Part shown: positions 26,966 through 40,566 of the stretch, piece by piece | How the letters are laid out: each line of letters opens with the position of its first letter | Position numbering within the stretch: position 1 is the first letter of the stretch | From: the human T2T-CHM13v2.0 reference genome, Homo sapiens | Assembly: GCF_009914755.1 (NCBI RefSeq) | Contig: NC_060925.1 | Length of the DNA: 64,000 nt | Reading direction: 5' to 3' (one strand) | Program-made: the position numbers and the translations under genes | Notes under the pieces: model-generated | What the model saw: only the letters and a program-made list of their open reading frames with translations | Databases searched by the model: none | What the model was told of the DNA's origin: nothing

Positions 26966-28258
26966 CCTAGTTTTTCTGTTAACTTCCTCACTGTCTAGAT
27001 ATAAGATGTCATTTTGCCTGGCTTTCAATGCGTCTTCCTCTAACTGTACTTCAACTCTCCTTCTCTCTCCCTCTCTTTCTTCCTTCTTTCACTTCCAGTC
27101 TGCTGCTAGCTGAAAAATAAAAATAGCCATATGTATCAGAATTGTCTTTCGGCCTAAGTAATGCATCCCCCATCCCTGTCCATCCTCTCCTTGGGTACAA
27201 CCTCATGCCATAGAGAACCCAGGTGTTTCTCACTGAGCTTATCACCACGTTTGAATTGATAGTCTTGCAACTTCAGAGACACCTGCTACATCGGTTTTCC
27301 TCTATGTTCTGTTCCTGGTGACTTGACATCGATAGCAATTAGCCCTCAGAGACATTCTAAAGGAGGTCTGGGCATTTGGATGGTCCTATTTTTCTTTGGC
27401 CTTTCTCCTGATTTGCTTCCATTCCCATCACCCATTCCTGGTGATTGCAGGCTTCAAACTGAGATGATTGATGCCATCTCAGCCTAAGGGACCTCAGGAT
27501 TATCTCCCTCTCCCTCATCACAAAAAAACACGACTTATGGGGAGAAGGCATTTCCAGCCATGTAGGCCCATTCCAGGCCTGGCACTCTCGCTAAAAAGGT
27601 AACACCTGGGGCTCATCCTCACTCCCTGAGATCATGAGGAGAATGGAAATGGCCCATTGCTTACAGGGTGTGAAGCCCAGAAGACCCCAGGACAGAGGCC
27701 AAGGGCAAAATCCCAATAAAACCTCCATCCAAAGGGATTGGCAAGAGAGTGGCAGGCAGCAGGGTACAAAGCACTGGAATAGAAAACCTAGACACCAGAA
27801 TAACCAAGTTTGATTGGTGGGCACAAACTGAAACTAGAATCATTCATAATAGTAACAACCCTCATTTTTGAGTATGTCTTAAGGGTTTTACCTACGTTGT
27901 CTCAAATAATCTTTACAACGTACTGTGGCAGAACCAGGTTCAAAGCCAAGTCTGCCTGATGCCATTGCCTGTACTCTTGACCATTCTTCTCCTGGACCTC
28001 CAAGTTCTGAGGTTCTGGAGTGCAAAGCATGAGCCTCTTGGCAAGGTGTCTGCAGCTTTACCTGCAGCATTAAGAGCAACTGGAAGTCCAGCAGTAAGAA
28101 TGGTCTTCAGGCCAAAGATATATTACTCACAATTAGCACCTACCCAGTGCCCAGCACTGAGTGCCTCCCCGTGAGTTCCGGGCTTAATCACGCTGCGTCT
28201 TCTGTCACCCACAGTTTGGATGGAGGATAAATCTGGTGCCCATTTGTTTGCGGCCACC

Positions 28259-28523
28259 TTTTTTTTTTTTTTTTGAGACAAGATTTCACTCTGTTGCCCA
28301 GGCTGGAGTGCAGTGGCACAATCTCGACTCACTGTAGCCTCTACCTCCGCCTCCTGAGTAGCTGGAACTACAGGTGCACACCACCACACCCAGCTAATTT
28401 TTTTATTTGTAGAAACGGGGTTTTGCTATGTCACCCAGGCTGGTCTCAAACTCCTGAGTTCATGATCTGCCTGCCTTGGCCTCCCAAAGTGCTGGGATTA
28501 CAGGGATAAGCCACTGTGCCCAG
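28259..28523 (-). mobile_element. Alu (old, AluJ/S) with small deletions
   Basis: T-tail followed by antisense Alu dimer. Confidence 0.9.
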
Positions 28524-28619
28524 ACTGTTTGTGGCCTTCTACAGGTCATATCAGCCTTCTGGCCTACCTGTGCAGGAGGTCAGTACCAAATAACACCAAG
28601 AACAATGACCAAAAATACA

Positions 28620-28815
28620 GTGGTCAAGAGTGCTGGCCTTGCAGTCAAACAGCCTGGATTTGATTCCTGGCTTGGCCTCTTCCCTGATCCTCATTTTCCT
28701 CTCCTGTAAAAATGGAGGAATTAATAATAGTATCTACTTCATGAGTTTGTTGTGTAGAATGCAATTAGAGTAGCTCGTGGAATATCGTAGATGCCCATAC
28801 ACGTTAGCTACTGTT
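28620..28815 (+). mobile_element. MIR SINE
   Basis: 'gtggtcaagagtgctggcctt.cagtcaaacagcctggatttga...ctgtaaaaatgg..taataatagtatctacttcat'. Confidence 0.8.
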
Positions 28816-28821
28816 ATTACA

Positions 28822-29179
28822 CAAGTTGAATATCCCTTATCTGAAATGCTTGGGACCAGAAGTGTTTTGAATTTTGGATTTTTTCACATTTTGGAATATT
28901 TGCATATCTGTAATGAGATGTCTTGGGGATAGGACCCAAGTCTAAACACAAAATTCATTGATGTTTCATACACACCATATACACATAACGTGATGGCAAT
29001 TTCATATAATATTTTAAATAATTTTGTGCATGAAACAGTTTTGACTGCATTTTGACTGTGACCCATCACACGAGGTCAGGTGTGGAATTTTCCACCTGTG
29101 GCTTCATTTCGGTGCTCAAAAATTTCAGAGTTTGGAGCATGTTGAATTTCAGATGTTCAGATTAGAGATGCTCAACCTG
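28822..29179. mobile_element. Tigger4 (Zombi) TcMar element
   Basis: TIR-like ends 'caagttgaatatccctta' and 'ttagagatgctcaacctg|ta'. Confidence 0.85.
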
Positions 29180-29420
29180 TACTGAGCATATGAACCAGGA
29201 ACAGCGCCAAACACTTTGCATGAATTTTCTCATTTAAGCATCTCAACTCTATGAAATAAGCACTATCATTTGCCCCCATTTTTATAAATGAGCAAAAGAA
29301 CGGAGAAGTGTAATAATTTACCCAAGGTTACACAGCCAGGAAATGGTGGAGATGGGGGTTGAGTTCAAGCCAACAGGCTCCAGGCTGCGTACTGAGAACC
29401 ACTACACTTAACTCTTCCCA
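29180..29420 (-). mobile_element. MIR SINE
   Basis: 'ccccatttttataaatgag...atttacccaaggttacacagccaggaaatggtggag'. Confidence 0.8.
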
Positions 29421-29959
29421 GCATAAAGCCAGGCTTCAGCCACGTGCTCACTTCATGCAACCTTCCGCACAAATAATAAATCACATTGTCCTCTTAGCAT
29501 CTGCCCTAATTATTAGCAGCCTCACCTGCTTCATCTCTCAGACCTGACATTTAGCTCATGCACATATGACCTTGGGCCCTTGACAGCCCCTTCTTCAGAC
29601 ACACTAGGTGACAACCCTCCAGGTCCAGCATCCTATGCCTCTGTGGGATGTTCCTACAGGCAGACCCTGGAACTCTTGTTGCTCTCCTGAGTGCCACTGT
29701 TTTTGTGCTGCTAAGGTCCTATTATGCTGTGTATAGCAAATTCCATTATATGATTACATGGTAAAAGCTGTGCTACCTGATACATCACAGCATCATGGGG
29801 CACTAACTAGTCAAAAATTTTAGTGAACTAGGAGTTCTAAAATCTCTGCTTCCTAGATTTAAGAAGCAGGACACAAGTAACATTCCTGATACGATACTTC
29901 CTTGATATGTTAGTTTTTGTGTTGCTGTGGATATATGAAGTTTTGCAGGGCAAAAAGAA

Positions 29960-30440
29960 AAAGTTACGTTTGTTCTTTTTAGCAGGAAAAAGGAAGAGAC
30001 TTTGAGGTCAAAGGGAAGGAGGTGAACAGAGATGGGAAAAGGCGTTGCAGGTCAACAAGTCCCAGGCTGTTGGACAGTGATCCAGAAAGAGAGTGAGAGC
30101 TCAGAGGTGAGCCGCTGTGTGGGAGCTCCTGGAGATACAAGATACAAGGAGTGGGGATTCCCATTCCCCCAGGATGCCAGCCAGAGCACCTGGACCCAGT
30201 GAGACCTCTGGGACAGTGGACATCTCAGTAGTGACCAGAAGGTCTCTGGCCCTGCAAAAGCATTTAGGAACTTGTCCACAAACTGGAACTTGTCCACAAA
30301 TTGTCCAAGACTGAGACAATTCCTCCTGACATGAAAGGGATGGGAACTCACAATTTGATTTAAGTTGATTCACAAAAATAACAAGATGTCATATTCCTCG
30401 CTTCCTTAGTCTGTGGATTAAGATTCATATCTGCTACTCA
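29960..30440 (+). mobile_element. Ancient Gypsy-like LTR (MamGypLTR-like)
   Basis: 3' end 'ttgatttaagttgatt...gtctgtggattaagattcatatctgctac' resembles the recalled consensus. Confidence 0.5.
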
Positions 30441-31825
30441 TTTGACTGCCTACTACGTGTTAGGCAATGCAGTAGGGTTTTCAAACATGTTTTATCATGT
30501 AAACTTCAAAACAACACTCCTATGGATTTGAACCAGATTTTACCTGACTCCAAAGTCTGTGAGTATCTCTAAAATAAGGAGAATTAAAGGAATTAAGTGT
30601 TAGAGTGTTCTTGCATTTACATTATACATGTGAATTCACTGAATCCTCACAGTCAACATAATATATTTTTAAGTAGATGGACACTGCCTAAGGCCCCTGC
30701 TCTGGTTGTGACATTAATTTATTCTCTGTTCTCTAAATGGGTGCTGAAAGACTGGCCTCTACCGAATGGCCTTACCCTCCCACAGTCATGAGTTACACAT
30801 CCTTGTTCTAAAAGGTCAGCAGAGATCAAGTCTGAGTTCCAGATTTCTAGAAAAGAAACTCTGCTAATTCTTGGCCCAATCAGCTATGCCAGTAGCATGC
30901 GGTCAAACAGCATATCCAATCAGATTTTCTCTCCCAACAATATACAATTGTGTCTTAGAGATTCTAATTAGTCTATGCTGGTAACTTGAACTGAAGACAT
31001 GTAACCTGAATGCTGTGCAGCAGCCATAGCTGGCTGTGTGTGCATATAGATGAAGAGGATGCCAACCTGCAGAGATGGAGGAGAATGATGCACACAGCAC
31101 ATGCCTGTGCTCTGGCTGTTTTTGCCTCACTAGGGCACCTAGGACACCCACTCACCAGGTCCACTTAGAACAAAGTCCCTGCAGAAAATATTACAAGAGT
31201 ATTAACATAGCCCTGGGGCAATCTGGTTGTGTGCCAGTGTGCTGCCATGCTGAGGTCAATTGGTTTTAGATCTTTCTACCAATGGGGATAGAGAAGAACA
31301 CATTTGCCAGGTCAATAATCACACACCAAGGGCCAGAAATAGTGATGATCTACTCCAGTGAAGATATAAATTAATCAGAGAAGCTGCAACTGGGGCTAAC
31401 AACTGGTTCAACTTACAGTAATTCATTATCATTTGCCATGCTCTTTCTTTTTTCAGAGACCAGATAGGTAACTTAAATAGGTATGTGATAGAGACTACCA
31501 CCTTGCAACCTTTAAGTCTTTTGAAGATAGAACTAATTTCCACAATACCAGAAGACAAAGAGACAAGTTATAAAGGATCCTACTTTGTCCTTCCTGCCAC
31601 AGTGACCTTACTCCATACATCAGGGACCCAATGCAAGAGTTCCAGCAGCTGCTAAGTACACCTATCCCAATTATACATGCAGGAACTAGATATACAACCA
31701 TACGGTGAGTCTGCAAGTACATTGGACCCAAAATGAGACAGTTTTGGGCAGTACCCCATTTATCTCCTAGCTTCCGTAAGTCCCACCCTAAACAGATAAC
31801 CATGATGGTATTTGGGGTATCACGG

Positions 31826-32201
31826 TCCTATGGATTAAATGTTTGTCTCCTCCCAAACTCAAATTTAAATTTAATTGCCATTGTAACAGTATTAAGAGGT
31901 GATTAGGCTATGAGGGCTGTGCACTCACTCATAGGTTAATGCTATTATTTGGGGAGTAGGTTCATTATCAAGGGAGCAGGTTTCTTATAAAAGGATGAGT
32001 TAGGCCTCCTTCTGCCTCTCTCTGTCACCTACCTTTTGCTCTTCTGTCATGGGATGATGCAGGAAGAATTCCCTAGCAAGATACCACCTCCTCAATCTTG
32101 GACTTCTCAGCCTCCAGAACCATGAACCAATAAATTTCTGTTTATTATAAGTTAACCAATCTGTGGTATTCTGTTGCAGCAGCACAAAACAGACCAAGAC
32201 A
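31826..32201 (+). mobile_element. MSTB-like MaLR solo LTR
   Basis: 'ctatggattaaatgtttgtc...aatttaattgcc...ttggacttctcagcctccagaacc...gcagcacaaaacagaccaagaca'. Confidence 0.88.
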
Positions 32202-32509
32202 TTTGGTGTCAATGTTAGCTGAGTCTCATATCTTATACTCCTCAAAAAAGTCTGTCTGTTCTGCCACCCTTAGCCCTAACCACTAATCAGTGCACAGTTC
32301 CTGTCAAATGACACAAGTAATTTTGTGAAAGGATTGGGGAATATTTATTCTGACAAGGGCATTGCAGTTCCTTCTCAAGGGCACCCAACCTCACCTCTAA
32401 ACAAAGGGCTCTGGACCTACAAATTGAGATTGAAAACTGGATGAAGAAACCTAATTTTCTGTCATGAAAACTAACATCCATATTGTGCTTATCAGCTCTC
32501 AAGTTATTT

Positions 32510-32849
32510 ACACTCATACGTTCCTTAACAATGGGGGTATGTTCTGAGAAATGCATTGTTAGGCAATTTATTGTTGTGTAAACATCATAGAGTATACTTA
32601 CACAAACCTAGATAAAATAGCCTACTGCACACCTGGTATGGTCTATTGCTCCTAGGCTACAAACCTGTACAGCATGTTACTGTACTGAATACTGTAGGCA
32701 ATTGTACCACAATGGTAAGTATTTGTGTATCTAAGCATATCTCAACATAGGCAAGATACAGTAAAAATATAGTATTATAATCTTATGGGACCACCGTTGT
32801 ATATGCAGTCTGTCATTGACTGAAACATCATTATGGAGTGCATGACTGT
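32510..32849. mobile_element. Tigger3a (Golem) TcMar element
   Basis: 'ttctgagaaatgcattgttaggcaattt...ctaggctacaaacctgtacagcatgttactgtactgaatactgtaggcaattg...gcatgactg|ta'. Confidence 0.9.
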
Positions 32850-32894
32850 ATTTACTCATTTAGTTACTTAGCTAGTTTAAATTTTGCAAAACAT

Positions 32895-33035
32895 GACCAG
32901 GTGTGGTGGCTCACACCTGTAATCCTGACACTTTGGGAGGCTGAGGTGGGGGGATGGCTTAAGGCCAGGAGTTCAAGTCCAGCCTGGTCAACACAGTGAG
33001 ACCTCATCTCTACTTTAAAAAATAAAAATTAAAAA
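32895..33035 (+). mobile_element. FLAM (free left Alu monomer)
   Basis: Single left arm followed by an A-rich tail. Confidence 0.85.
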
Positions 33036-33479
33036 TTAACATTAATTTTATAAAACAATAAGTATCATTTATTTATTGATGGACATATCATGTGTCCGTT
33101 TGTCTTTCTTCTAAGAACAGCATGATCTATCCACCATCACCATAGATCTTTGTGGGTTTAGGAACCCTAATTGCTACTTTCGCCTTGCTGCCTGGTACAG
33201 TAATCAACTACACCTTGCCTCTGATTATTAAGTGCCACCAATTGGCCTTGTCCATTCCTAAATTCCATCATCTCCATTGAGACTTGAGACCCCACTTCCA
33301 TGGTAGATTCCCACCTATCCACTTGCATCAACCCTGGGGTACAGAATTTCTCAAAGATACAGAGCCCTCTTCACCAGTGTGTGTCTTCTAACCCTAGGGA
33401 AGGGAGTGGCCTTCAAGGCCTCTTGAGGAACAAAGACAGGCAGGATATTCTCAGTTCTTACATAGTAAATCCAGTCTGA

Positions 33480-34510
33480 CATTCCTTCTCTGTGACTCTG
33501 TGTTTCACTCTGTGAATTATATTTTCTGAATTACTAATTTTCTCTTCAACTATGCCTAATCTGTTGTCAAAAATCCATGAGTTTTTTATTGTAATTTTTA
33601 CAATTTTCATTTCTAGGAGTTCTATTTGATTATTTTCCAAATCTAATAGGTTACTTTTACAGTTGCCTCTTTTTTACTGACATGTGTAAGGTAAGCTTTT
33701 TTTTTTATTTCTTTAAGCATAAAAAGCATAGTTCTGTGTTTGATAGGATAATACCTGAGATCTTTGAGGGTCTGTCTCTGCTGTCAGTTGTTTCTGCTAG
33801 TTCTTGCTCTTGGTGCCTTCACTGAGTACTTACTGATTTTTTCACTTTGAACTACTAATTTCCCTTTGAAAGTTGTTTTGGGATTCTTTGAAACCTAGGA
33901 CAAAGGTCCATTCCTCAGAGAGAATTTGTATTCACTTCTGCCAGGGACCTGGCAGTACTACCAGCCTGGAACAACTTTAAAATTAATAACTTTAAAGCCT
34001 GAAGTTTTTGGAACTCTCATGCAATGTAAATATAAATGTAAATCCAAGCATGAGCTGGCTGTGGCCACAATACCTAACTATTCTGCTACCGCCCAGGCCA
34101 CACTCCATGTAGTCACCAGGAGTAAGGGAATAGGAAAGTTTAGTTCTAGGTCACCCTTATACTGAGGGTGACACTCTGGGTAGGGGCAGTTTTATGAGGA
34201 AGGGTCTCACATTAGAATCTCCACCTAGGGAGACACTGGGCTTTAGTCTCTGTAATCCACAGGCAGTGAAAAGTCAAATTTAAGAGCACAAAATTCAGTA
34301 AGTGTTCTCAGAATAAAGGCTTTTTCTGAGCTTTCTTTTCTTTTCTGAGTTCCTCTCAGAATGTGACTAGATAATTCTTCCTTACTCTACCAGCTCTTAG
34401 ATGCTTTCCAGAAGATTAAAAAAAAAACTTTTAGCTTGCATTTTTAGTTGTTTTCATCAAGAAGACAGGGCCAGATACCTTGCCTGCCTTGTAACTGAAA
34501 ATAGAAATCT
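33480..34510 (-). mobile_element. Ancient L1 5'/ORF1 region (L1ME/HAL1-like)
   Basis: Coiled-coil-like remnant 'NQIELLEMK...NRLGIVEEKISNSE' and 'cctcagagagaatttgtattcacttctgccagg'. Confidence 0.6.
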
Positions 34511-35067
34511 CTTTTTTTTTTTTTTTGAGGTCAGGAAACCGAAGACATAGCAAAGGCCATGATAGTCTTATGTTCAAGAGGAAAATCAAGATAATAAATA
34601 ATCCTGTGTTTTTGTGTAGCCTGCTCTATAGTTCACGAAGTACCAGCACCTTGTCTCATATCTATCCTTTTCTCTCCATTCCCCCATCAACCAGCCTAAG
34701 TCAGGCCTTCATTATCTTTAGTTGCCTCCCACCTGATGTCTGACTTCCATCTTCTCTCTCTCCAATTCTTTCTGCTGGAATAATATTCCTAAAAACAATT
34801 TCAACCAACTCACTCCATCGTTTACAAATATTCTATAACTGCCCATTACTTATTAGACAAAAATCACTCTTAATTATAGAATGGAAAACTGCCCTACATA
34901 AAAATTCATCTTTATCTAGACTGAATCCTCAACACAGGCAAACATATGCATCTCTATGTCCTAATTCAACCCTAATTTTTTCTCTGAAACATTGTCTACA
35001 ACTCTTGGCCTCTATTCTTTTTTCCCCTAAGCACTGAAGGAATTTATATCAGCAATATACAATGTAT

Positions 35068-36190
35068 TATTTTTTAACAGTTTTATTGAGATATAATTAA
35101 CACATCTTATGATTTACCCGTTTAAAATGTACAATTCAAAGTTTTGTAGCATGCTCACAGGGCTGTTTAACCATCACCACAATCAATTTTAGAACATTTT
35201 CATCACCCTAAAAAGAAACCACATACCCATTTCCCCTCAACGTTCCAGCTTTAGGCAACCACCAATCTACTTTCTGTCTCTACAGATTTGCCTATTCTAA
35301 ACATTTCATATAAATGGAATCATAAATTATGCAGTCTTTTGTGACTGGATTCTTTCATTTAGCATAGGGCTTTCAAGGTTTATCCATGTTGTAATGTGTA
35401 TCAGTGTTTTATTTGTTGTTATAACTAAGTAATATTCCATTGTAGGGATATGCCATGTTTTATTCATCCATTCATCAGTTGGCGAGTATTTAGATGTTCC
35501 CCACTGTTTGGTTATTCTGAATAATGTTGCCTTGAACATTCATGAACAAGTTTTTGTGTGGACATATGTTTTTATTTCTCTTGGGTACATACCTTGGAAT
35601 GAAATTGCTGGGTCATATGGTAATTCTATATTTAACATTTTAAAGAACTGCTAAAATGTTTTCCAAAGCAGCCACACCATTTGACATTCCCACCAGCAAA
35701 GCACAATGCTTCCATTTTCTCCATATCCTCTCCAATCCTTGTTGTTTAATGTTTTCATCATAGCCATCTTAGGGGGTGTGATGTGGTATCTCATAGTGGT
35801 TTTGATTTGCATTTCTGTAATGACTAAGGATGTTGAGGATCTTTTCATGTTCTTATTAGCCATTTGTATCTCTTCTTTGGAGAAATGTCTACTCAAATCC
35901 TTTGCCCATTTGAAAAACTGGGTCATTTGTCTTTTTATTATTGAGTTAAAGAGTTCTTTTACATTCTGGATATAGGTCCTTTACCAAATATATGATTTGC
36001 AAATACTGGATCTCATTCTGTGTTGTCTTTTCACCTTTACGATGATGTTGTTCACAGCACAAAAGTTTTTATTTTAATGGAGTTCAACTTATCTATTCTT
36101 TTGCTGTTTGTGCTTTTGGTGATTTATTTAAGAAACTATTTTCTGACCCAAAATTGTAAAGATTTACTTCTATGTTTTATTCTAGGAGTT
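35068..36190 (-). mobile_element. L1MB-type 3' end
   Basis: 'ttttattgagatataatt...aaaatgtacaattc'; ORF remnants [30 protein letters not shown]. Confidence 0.9.
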
Positions 36191-37870
36191 TTTCTAATAG
36201 CTATTTTGAAGTCTTTGTCTGCTAAGTCCACTATACAGACCCCTTCAATGGCTATTTCTGTGGCCTGTTTTTTTCCCTTGGTTTTTGCATGTCTTGTAAT
36301 TTTTTGTTAAACACTGGCCATCTTAGCTAATATAACAGCTCTGAATACCAATCCCCTCCAGAAATTGTTTGTTTATTTGTTTGGTGATTTGGCTGAAATA
36401 ATTCCACATTCTGTTTCTGCTGCAATGTGCAGCCTCTGATGCCCCTGCCCAGATTTTTTTCTGTTTGTTTTCATCTTTTAGTCTGACTACCTAAAGGTCA
36501 CTCCTGGGTTGGCATAAACCATTTATTGGTCAAAAGTTGTGTTTAACCTCTTTCACTAGTTAGATTTTTTCCCCCTTTACCAATGAATGTGTGTGTGGCC
36601 TGGAGATTTCTATTACAACTCCAGGAGTTTACTTTTTTTGCCCCACATTCAGCAAGGGACTAGTAGCTTGGAGGTTCCTTCTATAATCACTCCTGAGAGG
36701 GTGCAGCCCTAGGCAATCACATAGTGTTCTACAAGGCCAGAGGTGAGTGTGAGTTTACTTTTAAACCTGGTTTTCTAGGAGTTTCCCTTTGGTCAGAGTA
36801 GCTTCTTGTCAATCAGCCGTCAAAGGTGATGTTTAAATCCTTTGTTCTAGTAAACTGTCTGCCCTGTGTTAATGGCTCTATGTGCAGCTCAGGAGATCCT
36901 TTCAAATCAGTCCTGCATCCTGCTCTGATGGCTCTTGACTAGGCACAGCCTGACCCATGGGCACATCCCTCTTGACCCCAGAATTGACTGTGGTCCCAGG
37001 AGAGCTCTTCTTGGTTTTCTCTTTCTCTGCTTCTCTCCAATAAGCCTCTGTACTGCCATTTTTCTTGTACAAATGATGGCACTCCAGCCTGCTTTAAACG
37101 GCCCTCCACTAAGATCTCCATTGTTTTCAACAGTGGCTTTAGATATGGAGTTCTCCACACTGTTCTAAATGAAGTCAGTTCTCTTAGGCAGAGCTGCAGG
37201 GCTCTTTGGTACTTAGGATCTGTCTTTGCCCTGGGCAGAACCCCTGTACCACTGAACCATAGCTGAGCACAGGGACCTGTGTTAACCAAAATGGCATCCC
37301 ACTCTAAGAGTGGTCAAGGTGGCAGCTCCTGATCGTTTCTCGCCACTGCTAGCATGGAACCTCCACCCTACTGGCAAGTTGAGGTGGGAGCAAAAGGGCT
37401 CCAGTGTTCTCAGCCTTTGCACCTGGAATAAAGCTTCCATCCTGTGAGTCAGGGCTGGGTCGGGGTTGGAAACTCAATCCTTCTGGCCATGCCTGCTTAA
37501 AATAGAGCTTCTGCAGCATGGAACTGGGGAAGATAAGAAATGGCAGCCTGACCCTCTCTGGGTGAAACTGCAGCTCCAGGCTAAGGACTGGGTGGAGAGG
37601 CAGCCACAGCCTTCTTGGCTTCACCTGCCTGGAGTAGAGCTACTCTAGCATGAAGCTCTGGGTAGGGGTAAAGGGATGCATTCTGGCTCAAATGCCACAG
37701 ACTCTCACTGTCTTTACCATAATTTAATAGGTTTTTCTTGAATGACTCTTTCTCCATTTGCTGCATGCCTTTGGGACAATTTTCAGAGACTTAAATGATT
37801 GTCATCTGTAATTTTCACTTGTTAAATGGTTTTTCTGGGGAAAAGGTCCATCCAGATTCTTACACCTTCA
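36190..37870 (-). mobile_element. Old L1M 5'UTR region with internal repeats
   Basis: Two ~290-bp related units (about 36465 and 36750) and short GC-rich monomers at 37330-37680. Confidence 0.6.
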
Positions 37871-38325
37871 TTCTGCAAGTCTTAAATCCACAGAACCCAT
37901 TATTTGATTAGGATAGGCTTTATTCATCCACTTGACAAATATTTATAGACTATGAATTATGTGGCAGGCAATGATTTGTTGCTCATCAACCTGTGTTGTA
38001 AACTGACTATTTCAGGTTGATATGTATTTAACACTCATATCCAACAGGATCAAGCACACTACATCCAACAGGCCATGTCTGTTTGGGCTCTGTAAATGTC
38101 TACAGCACTCAGCACAAGGCGGGATGTAGTTTATTCTTTTTTTTCGCTAATCTCTTCCTGATTTCCCTACTTGATTAACATCACATTTCCAAAACTATGT
38201 ATTTTTCTGAAGTGTTCATTTCCTCTTTGTTTAGCAAATCACTGTCGATTGTCTATTATTTGTCCCTACCAAAATAATGGTAGATATTTTGCTACCATTT
38301 TTTAAACGTGTAATAGGCATTAGGT

Positions 38326-38724
<399 letters not shown>

Positions 38725-39840
38725 TAGCATTAGGTCTTTGCATATGCAATCTCGCTAGTGCTAGCATTAACCCCATAGGGAAGTTCTAATCCCATTGTGC
38801 AGATGAGAAACCTGAGACTCAGAAAGGTTAAAAGAGCTTTTCTCAAGTTATAGCAAATAAGTGGCAGAGCTGCACTTTGAGCAGAGAACTGCCTGACTCC
38901 AAAGCTGGTTCTTTTTCTTCCATGCTAACCTACCCTGACCTTCTACTTGTAAGAGGAGAAGAGAACTATAGCAAGTTTGAGGAAAATCATCTCCAACACC
39001 CTGAATCATATACAGCATTGCGTGGCTTGGAAGCCTGCCGGTTTCCCAAAGCTAATATGTGATCTGGCCTCTTCGTGCTTGCAGCACTTTGGGACACAAA
39101 ATGACTAACAAAGAACCACAGGAGTGAACGGAGTGACCTTGTTGCACCATGCCAAGCCCCCCAAATGACCCCAATTAAATCCACAACCTGGCTTATTTAC
39201 AAAGATGTAGCTCACAAAATGGCAAATATATTAATAACTCGACCACAACCGATCTGGCCCTCGTTAGCTGTGTTGTAATGAGAACTTGTACTCATATCAT
39301 TATGAAACACATATTTACGACAGGAATTGTACTGAATCCAGGCTTCTCTGACCCTCCAGGAAAAACCAATTAGGAATGGTGATGCCTATCTACCTATTTC
39401 TTTTATTTTTAAAATTTTTGTGGGTAACTTCTGGAAAATTGATTTCATAGTTAGAGTTACCCTTGATGGTGCTGAGATGGGTGTGGCTGACTTGGGGATG
39501 AGAAGTGGGTAAGTTCAAGGATGCTTGGGAGGTGAAAAAAATCCCAAATAGGCCTTTTTTTTTTAATGGCTCACAGCCTAAATGGAATTAAATAATTAAA
39601 AATTAAATACAGTAAAGTTGATTTTGTTTAATGTTATAAATGCTAATCTAATCTTTATTTTCCTGTGTTTCACTTAAATTTTTACAAACTTTTTTGGAGA
39701 AAGATCTACAATGCTTTTCCTAAAGTAGCTAATGTTCACTCTTAATATTTTCTTTTAATATTTACATTAAGTGTGAATCTATTTTTCCTATTAACTGAAA
39801 ATTCACGGCAATCATTTCTGTTTATAAATTAGTAGTTTCT

Positions 39841-40132
39841 GGCCAGGTGCAGTGGCTCACGCCTATAATCCCAGCACTTTGGGAGGCTGAGTCAGGCAGA
39901 ATACTTGAGGTCAGGAGTTCAAGACCAGCCTGACCAACATGGTGAAAACCCATCTCTACTAAAAATACAAAAATTAGTTGGGCCTGCTGGCACGCACCTG
40001 TAATCCCAGCTACTCGGGAGGCTGAGGCAGGAGAATCACTTGAACCGGGAGGCAGAGATTGCAGTGAGCCAAGATCATGCCACTACACTCCAGCTGGGCC
40101 ACAGTGCGAGAGTCCATCTCAAAAAAAAAAAA
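39841..40132 (+). mobile_element. Alu (AluSx-like)
   Basis: TSD aaattag(t/c)agtttct at 39826-39840 and 40133-40147. Confidence 0.95.
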
Positions 40133-40489
40133 AAATTAGCAGTTTCTAAAATAATCTTCACAGTGTTTCACGCCTGCAGTAATACAATGATACATGCATA
40201 CTTCAGCATATAAGGAAGATTTATTGTGTTTTTGTTCCAGGTCCTGATTGGGCACTGGACTCTGTAGGATAGAGGAAGGGAGGCTGGAAGGTGGAAGAAT
40301 AGATTCAAAGGGATGGATTATGGAAAGTAGAACATTTTAATGAACATAGTCATCATTAATATTATCTTATTCACTAGGTATTTTTTTTTTCTTTTTTGCC
40401 TCTTTGTTTCTAGGGATTGCTAAGTATTCTTATGTGGCTATTCTACTTACAATTAATATATCCTTTTATAGATATGGTTTTATGTTCTT

Positions 40490-40566
40490 TTTTTTTTTTT
40501 TTTTTGAGATGGAGTCTCGCTCTGTGGCCCAGGCTGGAATGCAGTGGCGCGATCTCAGCTCACTGC
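40490..40566 (-). mobile_element. Severely 5'-truncated Alu
   Basis: T-tail plus 60 nt of Alu 3' end; perfect TSD atggttttatgttctt at 40474-40489 and 40567-40582. Confidence 0.93.

Larger units (their letters stand above)
31130..33430 (-). pseudogene. Decayed ERVL internal region (gag-pro-RT remnant), interrupted by MSTB, Tigger3a and FLAM
   Basis: ORF 31319-31558 'FKLPIWSLKKERAWQMIMNYCKLNQLLAPVAA' resembles ERVL RT (FNSPIWPV.K..GSWRMTVDYRKLNQ); ORF 31495-31803 'LGPMYLQTHRMVVYLVPACIIGIGVL' resembles the ERVL protease C-terminal region; gag-like sequence at about 33180-33430. Confidence 0.8.
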
